Positions 47,040 to 55,863 of a stretch of DNA of 55,863 nt are shown one piece after another. The first letter of the stretch is position 1. Each line of letters starts with the position of its first letter. The position numbers and the translations under genes were made by a program. The notes beneath the pieces were generated by a model. That model saw only the letters and a list, made by a program, of their open reading frames with translations, was not told where the DNA came from and ran no database searches. Origin of the DNA: Girardia tigrina (Eukaryota); contig MQRK01242463.1 in assembly GCA_001938485.1 (NCBI GenBank), forward strand, positions 1 through 55,863. Direction: 5' to 3'.

Positions 47040-47225
47040 GTGAGGAATATTTAAAATTGTTTGAATGTGTAAATGTATGGATGCTGTATGTTGATTTAAG
47101 TATGTATTAAGTATTTAGAATGGTGATTCTCCCACCCAGATGGAAATTGGTACTTTTTTATTAAATTTAAAGGATTGACTATTCGAACATAATTAAAATA
47201 ATCATTTGATAAGTTCATATTTTTA
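47040..47225 (-). repeat. Unclassified interspersed repeat, copy B
   Basis: Reverse complement shares accaatttccatctgg.tgg.agaat.accattctaa and atcaacatacagcatccatacat...aaatattcctcaca with copy A. Confidence 0.8.
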
Positions 47226-47999
47226 ATTTCATAATTAAAATTAAGTTTAATAATTTTTAGTAAAATTTAAATTAAATGCATTTTTAATAATTTGATGTCA
47301 TTTTTATTATTTTTGGATTTGTTGAGAAATGGTAAAAATTAATATTTTTTAAAGGTTAAATATTTTAAAAAATAACTTTGAAAAATTGTTCGAATAATCA
47401 TGATTAAAAACAGAAATAAGAAAACCAATTAGAACGATGACAAACGATGAAAGACCTTCTGTGAGTTCTAATGACTCTAAATGTGATTGTAATAAAAATT
47501 CAAACGAGACTTGCTTAAATATTGTTAATAACGAAAATCGCTAATCTTCCCACTTCTATCAAGAACTGGAATTCTGATTTTCAGAATAACTTCAAATAAC
47601 CGAAAAATACTTTTGAAATTAGGCATTGCACCATGCCAAAATAAAACGTGACAGAGAATTAGGATCTCAATAATTTAATTACGAAATTTGACATTTTTGA
47701 TCAAATATATTTTGAAGATTAATTGTTTATTGTCAGTTGCGAACTGCAGATTCCTTTTGTCAAAACCGTGGCGTACGGGTATGATAACACTTGTCTTTGT
47801 TAAGAATAAAAGGATGAAAACGCATTCCATCCTGAAACACAGTGGATAGTAATGTAAGGTGAACATAAAAAGGTGAAAGCAGCACGTAATAAATATATTA
47901 AAATGTTCAATTTTCATACAAACGAAATACGAAATCAGACAAATCGGCAAATAAAAAATAATTCAAGGAATCCTCAATCAGTTCAATTATATTATTTTA

Positions 48000-48465
48000 T
48001 CAAAGAAGCTCCACGACATTGTTCGATTCGCCAAAGAACAGTGTATTGAACACATCATTGAAGAAGCTCGGGTGGTACTGGCAGGCTCTAGTGCAGTCCG
48101 GACAGTAATTAACCTCACAAACGCGCGGAACAATCGAGACATCCCGGCCGTCTGAACAAACAATGCAGAAGTTCACCGAATTTCAATCAATAATGATTCC
48201 ATTTATTTACCTTTATTCCATTCCAGCATCAAATCAACGGCATACATTCCTCGAGACTGCGGACTGTGCTGTATGCGCATCGGATCTGGGCGCTTAGTTA
48301 CATCCTCCATCATTTGTCGCAACATTTTATGGATGGATTTCTTCAAATAACAAATGATCGATAGATCGATCAAGATTCAATCAACACATAGCTTACTTCA
48401 ACACCGGCCCAAGGATATTTTGGATACTGGCTGTCGAACATTCCCACAAATTCTTCGCACATTAT
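48000..48465 (-). CDS. TTLL12: TTLL12 last three exons (56- and 59-nt introns), stop TGA at 48002-48000
   Basis: IMCEEFVGMFDSQYPKYPW...AVDLMLEWNKDGR...NVVELL*; absent from the ORF track. Confidence 0.93.
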
Positions 48466-51400
48466 CTAAATCAATAGTCAACCTTGTCCTTATTTGCAAC
48501 AATAGATGCTGTGTATCTTTCAATTATACAATTAATTATATATCAGTATTAAAGGCGTTGATGTTTCTACTGCTTGTGTATATATTTCTATATGGAATTT
48601 TTAATACAAATTGAAGTCTTTTGTAATGATAGTTCAGAACAATAGTCCCATGAAACAATAGTTTTAGTCATTTTTATATTTTTACCAACTAATACTGAAA
48701 TTTAGCGACTGGTTTAAATCATCAGTAGGAGTAAGACAAGGTTGCATTCTTTCGCCAACACTTTTCAAACTTTTCCTTGAGGGAACTGTTATGGTAGCAA
48801 TAGACGATCTAGACGACGTTGGAATAAGCTGCGGAGGAACAAGAACCAACCTAAGATTTGCTGATGACATAGACCTAATCGATAAAGATTAGGCAGAGAT
48901 TCAGGAACTGACGAATAGACTACACACAGCGTCAAACAAATTCGGAATGGAAATCAACAGACAAAAAGCAAAATAATGGTTTCAGGAATCCATAACGAGG
49001 TTAAACTGGAAATTTACATTGAAGGGAGAAACTGGAACAAGTCAAGAGTTTCAAGTACTTAGGCTCTATTATCACAGAGAATGTGGGAAGCGAAGAAATA
49101 ATCAGAAACCGGATTGGTATATCAACAAGCGCAATGATTAAACTTAGCACAGTTTTTAACCTCGAAGAAATCCATCTCAAGAGCAGATTGAAGATCACTA
49201 AGGCTATTGTCTGGGCAACACTCCTCTATGGATGCGAGAGTTGGACAATAAATCAGAAGAGCATGGATAGACTTAAAGCGCTTGAAATGAAGTGCTACAG
49301 GAGAATGCTGAAGATCACTTGGAAAGAAAAGAAAACAAACGACTTTGTGACAGAAATACTATAGATAAAAGACCGGAATCAATAGAAAAGATCATTAAGA
49401 GAAGGAAGCTGAAATTCTACGGACATCAAATATGAAAACAAGCACTAGCAATGGTTATGATTGAGGGAAGAGTGGACGGAGAAAGACCAAGAGGAAGACC
49501 AAAGAGGCAATGGATAGACGATTTAAAAGAATGGAGTGGATTGAGAACGGAATGTCTGAGAAAAGAAGGTACAAATAGAGAAATGTAGCGAAGGCTTGTT
49601 TATAATTGGGTGCGCCCACGGCCCAATGGCACCAAGAAGAATACTGAAAACGATTCCATAAAGTCGAGTAATTTATGGTGTATACAATGTGTACTGATTA
49701 AGAAAGACTAAATTAAATACGTAGATGAAGGATGTATAGAATCTTCGAATCCGATCGCGATGCATGATGTATCAGTGCCCCTCGACGGTACCAGAGACGA
49801 TCTCAGGAGTGATTCAAAGGGTGGTCCTTGATTTTTCATTAAGTAATACAAATAATGTGAGAGATTTCGGTGTCGCTTTACTCATTGTACGAAATGTGTT
49901 TACACAGCCAAAGCTCTACAGCATCACGGTACGAGGGATCATGACTGGGAAACCGAAGCGTGCCCGTGCAATGAAAGCTCACATTCTTGCATCTAAAGCC
50001 GTGCGAGAAAGTCAGTAGGCTCTGTATTGTCTATTTATGGTTTCTACCCGAGACAATCTATGACTCACTACCCTGTACCCCAATACTGGTACTGTCGTCT
50101 CTACGATACACAGTTATCCGTTATGTCGGGGGAGGCATGTTTATAAATTAAAAAAGGTATTATGAAATGACTTTGAAGGCTTATATTTGAAAGAAAATAT
50201 CCTGATAATGCATTTGATAGATCGCTACAATCAAGAATGTGATGAAAGAGCAAAATAGTCATTAAAAACTATTCGTATTTATTATAATCATGTAAGTTTG
50301 GAAATAACAACAAGGTATTGTCGTATTTGATCACGTAAGCAAGATTATACTATCTCTTAATTCAGTCAATTTGTTAACGATTTGTCTATAAATTGTAGCA
50401 AATATAACACAACCAAAAATATGGAATAATAAAATAATAATTGAACATTACATTTTTCAGTTGACATTCGCCTCTGTAATTCATGACCGTGAAGTGAGTC
50501 TCGTAGTCATCCCAGTTTCCTAATACGAACTCCCTGAAATTAAACGGTAAACACGAAATATTTATAACACGATATTTATATCAAATCACTTGTTTGCGAA
50601 TCTCAACCAAAACACGCGAGTGGTATACACTTTCAAAGGTTCCACAGAACTCAACAGAACCATATATCGAATATCGAATTTGACATTTGCTTTCAGTTCA
50701 GATCGATAGAATAAAACTGGTTCGGTAATATATTTGCAAGCGATCTGAACATTAAATAACAGGTTATTGATAATAATGACACAATTTAAAAATCTCAATT
50801 GCAGATTAGATAAAAGCTTAGATTATGATAATATTTTGTGACTATAGATCTGTGCATTGGTGTTTTTCTAACACAGGTTTGTACTCTTCAATTTGTTGTT
50901 TTTATTTGAAACATTTACTAGAGAAGGCTCCTGGGGCACAATGAATTTGAGAAACACTGATTTATTTTTTTATTATTATTCAATCTGATTCTAGCACATT
51001 ATCTTTTTCATGTCCATCAAAATATTTCTATTCAGTTGAGTATTCAGCAATTGTTCCGAATTGTGTATTTGAATTTTCAGATTTTTATTTAAACAACAAT
51101 TTTGATTGTCCTTAAGACAATCTTTGTCAAAGCTTTCGTACGATTGCATTCTAAACAAAAGTGATTAATAAATTAATTCTTATTATTTTTTAGCAAATGG
51201 AGAAATAAATATTTTATTAAAATATTTACTCAAAACTTATTGGATAATAATTAAAATGATTATTAATTATTTAAAAAATATTAATTTGATTTATTTATTA
51301 AAAATTGTAAAAATTTATTAACTTATGTAAAATTTTAAAATTATTTGAAATTAGAAATAATTTTAAACATTACATATTTTAGATAATAAGAATTAAAATA

Positions 51401-54400
51401 TTAATCATCCATCTGGGTAGGAGAGACGCATTTCCAAATCAACATACACATTCAAACACAAAACATCAAACATTCAAAATATTCTTCACATTGTGAAAAC
51501 CGTTTGTTTTGTTAACAAATTTAATAAAAAAAAACATTTGTTGGATCCGAGTTGAAGTTAGTGAAAATCATGATATGTTATAACAGTTATTCAAATATTA
51601 CTGTATTATAAGAATAGAAAAATCATACTGGTGACACCGTACCTGATTCCAGATACGATAGTCAAACTCGAAAAACACCAGAGAGTACGTGCAAAAAGAA
51701 ACTGAGAGTCGTATTATAAAAATAAAATCAATTCTAGATTTAATGAAAGACCTCGTTAGTTGTGAGTACGTTTTAGACTACAGGTCAGTTATATGATACA
51801 TACGTACAACCAAACTACAAACTTTAATTTATTTTATTAATTTTCCAGTCAATTACACCATTTTGTCAGTCAACATTTCAACATTTAAATAACATGTGTA
51901 ATATTAAAGTAATTCATTAAGAATAAAATTAAATTAATAATAAAAAACTGATAAAACCCAGGTTAAATTGAAATATTTTCTTCATTGCCGGCCATTAACT
52001 TGATCACCTGTAAACATGAGTAAATTTTTTTTTAAAAAAATGTAATTTCATATTTAATTTAACATTAATTTAAATGTTTCTGTTTTAATTTAACTGATTC
52101 TGTTTTTAATTTATTTATTAAAATTTCTTAGAATAATTTTATTTACTGTGCAAATTTATTTTTTTATTTCTTATTAATTTTATATTATATAATTTTTGAG
52201 TAAATAGTTTAATATTACTTGTGACTAGTCACTTATATATTTATATTAAAATTAAATATTTAAATATATATTATTATTAAATTAAATTAAAAATAATCAT
52301 TTTTTAATTATTTGATTGTTTGGATTTAATAATTAGTAATTATGATGTCATTTGTCATTTCTGTGCATATTAGACATTTGTTATACGAATAAATTAATTT
52401 CAAAACAGATTTAATCTTAGAAGTAAAATCTAGTTTCAACATATGAAAAAGAATTATCAAATTCCAATTTCAACGGCAGTTTTGATTTTAAATCAACGGA
52501 AAAAGATAGCTGTAAAAACTCACTAGGATTATTTTATGTCGCGCTCTCTCTTTCAATATCTCAGTTTCAAATCAAACAATCGTTTCAATTCAAATTCAAA
52601 TAACCTTTTAATCTATCCACACATTCAATTATTCCTTTATTTAACCCGTAATTTTGAACAATATCAAATTCCTAGTAAACATAATTCTATTTTGTTGTTC
52701 TTGTTTTTCTTGTGTATTATTTTTATACTAGTAAATAACCCGTCATGTATGACGAATATAATTATATAGTTATATAATTACAATTGTAAGTAGATAATTA
52801 TATTAATAATAATTCATATGGAAAATTATCATGAATAATTCTGCTAATAATAATTTTCCATATGAATTATTATTAATATAAATATCTACTTACAATTGTA
52901 AGTAGATAATATGAGCGTTAGTGAAGCAGTGAGTGACTTGGGCTTTTATAATTTTTATTATATCATGTCTGAGATGACCAGGATCACTGATCTTGTACAA
53001 ACGGAAGTGCGTATCCAAGGGTTGTTTGATGAATTGGTGATACATATCTTGCAATATTAATATTGCGAAAATTCACTACTACCATAAAATGAGTGCATGA
53101 AATTCCAAAATCACAATTTTTGAATATTTTATTGTTTTGAATAAATCGTGGTAGTTTTCATTGTTAAAGTAAGTTTCTGGTACTTTAGTTATTTTTTGGT
53201 GAATTTCTAATAATTTCGTAAAATTTGTCTATTTTGGCAAAATTAAAAATAATTGGGTGTTTTCAATTTTGTTTCTTTAATTATTACTCAAAAATTAGAT
53301 GTAAATGAATAAAAAAAAAGAAACTTTTGTATTTTTGAACTCGCTTTTATCAGAACATGACATTGTTGATAAGATCATGTGATCCAAAATCAATCTTCAA
53401 ACAGCTCTCTCAACTAATTTGTTAAGAGTTATTATGTGATTACATAATCGTTCATTTTATGTGACTAAATCGTAGAAATATATTATCAAAAAATATTTTC
53501 TTAATGGCTTTTTTTGTCTTTAATAAATTAAAATGTTGTTTGGCTGAAAGTCACGCTATATCATCGTCTACTTATAATTACAAGTACATAATATATTATT
53601 ATATAAAATTAGAATTTTTAAAGGAAAAATAAAAATAAATTAACACAAAAGAACTAATTAAAAATTTTTCCAAATTTAAAAAATTGACGAATAAAATTCA
53701 TGACAAATCATTTGTTAGTAAACAGATAAATAAGCCAATTTACCTTCGGTTCATTCGGATAGGCCTCGACCATTCTCAAAATATGATCGACATTGTCGCT
53801 GATAAATATTCCCATACCCCGTGCAAGATTCCACGGCTTGACAATCCAGACAGGTCGCTGCAGCTGCATCCCGGGCGCTTTGATCGGGTGGACGCACGAG
53901 GATGCGTCCCCGCTCTCCTCGACCGCACACAGTCCGCAGGCGACTCCACCGAGATTGTGACAATTGCACGGACAATCGCACTCCGATTCCGATTGGTCTT
54001 GGTTATCGGCGCCGTTTTCATGACAGAAATTGATGAACTCCATCAACTCGGTCTTGAGATTGAATGTCTGGACGATCCAATCGGATCCCGAGCCCAGTGC
54101 CGCCAGCAGGTCCTTGATTGTCATGACACTCTCCGATGGGAACTGGTTGATGAGACAGCGCGGTTTGTCGCGGGACAACTGCTCGAATTCCTTGAAATGA
54201 TCGAAGAGCCAGAGAATGTCGGCCGATTCGCGATTATCGGTCAATTTATAGCGTGGATCTGTGACGGTGTTGCGGACAAATGCGACATCAGTGTACACGA
54301 GCAGCGGCGATTTCGAGTGATCGAGTTGACCGAGATTGGCGACCGATAAATCCGGGTTCGATTCCTGGACTCGATGGCTCTGGTGGTTGTTTTGGTTTTG

Positions 54401-54562
54401 ATTATCATTATTATCTTTTTAATAGTATTACTGTGAAAAATTCATTGGATAATGTTTTCGTATCAGATGGTTGTGAGGGAGGCTGTCTGGTCCATATATA
54501 CGAGATACAATTTCGTAAATACGGATCCGATATATGTTCGACACGATTCACGGATAGCGTTT
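48000..54562 (-). CDS. TTLL12: Tubulin tyrosine ligase-like 12, 3' seven exons: 54562-54432, 54379-53744, 50744-50590, 50533-50452, 48465-48397, 48340-48211, 48151-48000; 5' exons not found in the window
   Basis: GT-AG junctions with consistent phase, four introns of 52-59 nt, no stops. Motifs VYTDV, INQFPSE, WIVKPWNLARG, KFDIRY, VFWLRF, HFTVMNY, SRGMYAVDLML and EVNYCPDCTRACQYHPSFFNDVF match TTLL12. Confidence 0.95.
48701..49639 (+). mobile_element. 5'-truncated RTE-like LINE in a TTLL12 intron (antisense to the gene)
   Basis: GVRQGCILSPTLF, LRFADDIDL, FKYLGS, LLYGCESW and GERPRGRP; AAG-type tail; 10-bp TSD AATACTGAAA (48691-48700 and 49640-49649). Confidence 0.92.
50452..50744 (-). CDS. TTLL12: TTLL12 exons 50744-50590 and 50533-50452 (56-nt intron)
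   Basis: IACKYITEPVLF...VFWLRFANK|EFVLGNWDDYETHFTVMNY. Confidence 0.93.
52728..52963 (-). mobile_element. Non-autonomous Helitron in a TTLL12 intron, containing a long fold-back
   Basis: Same 3' end as 20471 (cgtcatacatgacgggttattta-CTAG); 5' end atataataaaaattataaaagcccaagtcactcac is typical of non-autonomous Helitron heads. Confidence 0.7.
53744..54379 (-). CDS. TTLL12: TTLL12 large exon (636 nt, phase 0-0)
   Basis: Acceptor caccag|agc, donor aag|gtaaat; contains most of ORF 53708..54298. Confidence 0.93.
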
Positions 54563-55774
54563 CTGAATGATATTCCCGTCAAAATGAAATAGAAAACGAA
54601 ATAAATCGCGAAATTTCGGATTAAATTAAACATTTTTTGTAGTTGCTACTAATTAATTAACTTAAATTGCTAAGACGAAATAAATAATAATTGTGAATCG
54701 ATAATTGATTTTTATTTAAATTTAAATAAATATATATAATATTTGAGTTGCTAAAGCGAATATTTCGTCATTAATTTTGAAATTTTACAAAATATATTGT
54801 ATTTTGATAAGTCAGTGCTTTTGAATGCCGTAAATTTATAGTTATGAAAGAAATTGTTATAAAAAAGATAATAATAATAAGCGGTAATTCTTATTATATG
54901 TTGTTTTATAAATAGTAAATTGGTTGAAAAAATAGATTTTGTTTATATATTTTAAATCAATTATCGATTCACAATTATTATTTTTATATTTAAATTTATA
55001 TAATTATATTTAAATTTTGGTTTGATCGAGCATTTGCCTTTTGAAAGGAAAGTATATAAATAAAATATAATAAATTAAATAAATAAATTAAAAACTTTAA
55101 AAGAAAATTAAATAATGAAATAATTTAAGCGACATTCAAAAAGTATGCAGTTGTTTAAATGCATCAATGTAGAATAAATAGTATAGTGCTGGCCTCTAAA
55201 AAAAACCCACTTCAATTTGTGTCCTAAAAAAACCCCACTCCATAAATCAGCGAAAGTGCATGGGTTTGGCAATTTTCCTAGTGCACACTATGTTATAGGG
55301 ATACTCTGNNNNNNNNNNNNNNNNNNNNNNNNNNNNNNNNNNNNNNNNNNNNNNNNNNNNNNNNNNNNNNNNNNNNNNNNNNNNNNNNNNNNNNNNNNNN
55401 NNNNNNNNNNNNNNNNNNNNNNNNNNNNNNNNNNNNNNNNNNNNNNNNNNNNNNNNNNNNNNNNNNACTGTATATGTTTGTTCGCATCCAATACTCTTCA
55501 TTAAAAAAGTTTTACTCGTGAATACTCTGTCAAGGTCACATGGGACATATGAGAAGTGGCATTAAAAAAAACCCATGTGGGTTCTAAAAAACCCACTGAC
55601 GAACGTAAAATAAGTGGATTTAATGAGCTTCGTTTGAATGCAAAACTCATTCTTAATGAGGGTCGGGATGTTGCCACAAAAATAATAATCCTGAAAAATA
55701 TGATCGTTCCATTTTCGACCACATCTTGCTTAAACAATATGAGCAATTCAAGTTTTAATATAATATAGTGTAAA

Positions 55775-55812
55775 GTGGGGTAGAATGCCCACAGTGGGGC
55801 AGAATGCCCATA
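55775..55812 (+). repeat. 19-bp tandem duplication, probable left end of a DNA transposon running out of the window
   Basis: gtggggtagaatgcccaca followed by gtggggcagaatgcccata. Confidence 0.45.
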
Positions 55813-55863
55813 GGGTATAGATAGCGAAGCAAGCAAAATATCGAAAATCTGTCTGAACACATG

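Noticed and set aside
31474-47225. Inverted repeat pair as TIRs of a ~15.7-kb giant transposon
   Set aside because: Other copies occur inside and outside the interval in both orientations, and there is no sharp outer end or TSD.
47436-47990. Coding-like plus-strand text (MTNDERPSV...)
   Set aside because: Many stops, no recognisable domain, and it overlaps the likely TTLL12 3'UTR.
49768-50110. Solo LTR (TGTATC...GATACA ends, elevated GC)
   Set aside because: No matching TSD and no second copy in the window; left uncalled.
53684-54349. 221-aa plus-strand ORF
   Set aside because: Antisense shadow of the GC-rich TTLL12 exon; no recognisable motif.
1-55863. tRNA, rRNA, snRNA/SL RNA genes or a prokaryotic or viral system
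   Set aside because: None recognised by eye; spliceosomal introns and metazoan TE families indicate eukaryotic nuclear DNA. A covariance-model scan would be needed to exclude divergent RNAs.

Overview
AT-rich eukaryotic (metazoan) nuclear DNA with N gaps beside (TA)n microsatellites and a class of very short introns (47-59 nt). These traits fit a triclad flatworm, but the sequence alone cannot prove that. Three host genes can be read. (1) An 8-exon, 5'-incomplete plus-strand gene (936-28500) that the ORF track breaks into unrelated pieces; spliced, it is a stop-free >=589-aa single-pass membrane protein with four divergent Ig-like domains. (2) A J-domain (DnaJ) gene with an intronless CDS (38989-39507). 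(3) The 3' seven exons of TTLL12 on the minus strand (48000-54562), carrying an unusual Cys/His-rich insert. The rest is a dense, nested set of decayed transposable elements: Gypsy, Penelope-like (with hammerhead-like motifs), two NeSL/Utopia-like RLE elements, an RTE-like LINE, Tc1, DD41D, mariner, pogo/Tigger, MULE, piggyBac MITEs, hAT and Helitron ends. The most unusual signal is a set of decayed, same-strand mosaics of unrelated host-gene fragments (C2H2-ZnF + eEF2; UBA2 + unknown + PWWP) plus a USP8 N-terminal fragment, which suggests a gene-fragment capture and shuffling process. All homology calls are made by eye from remembered family motifs; no searches were run.
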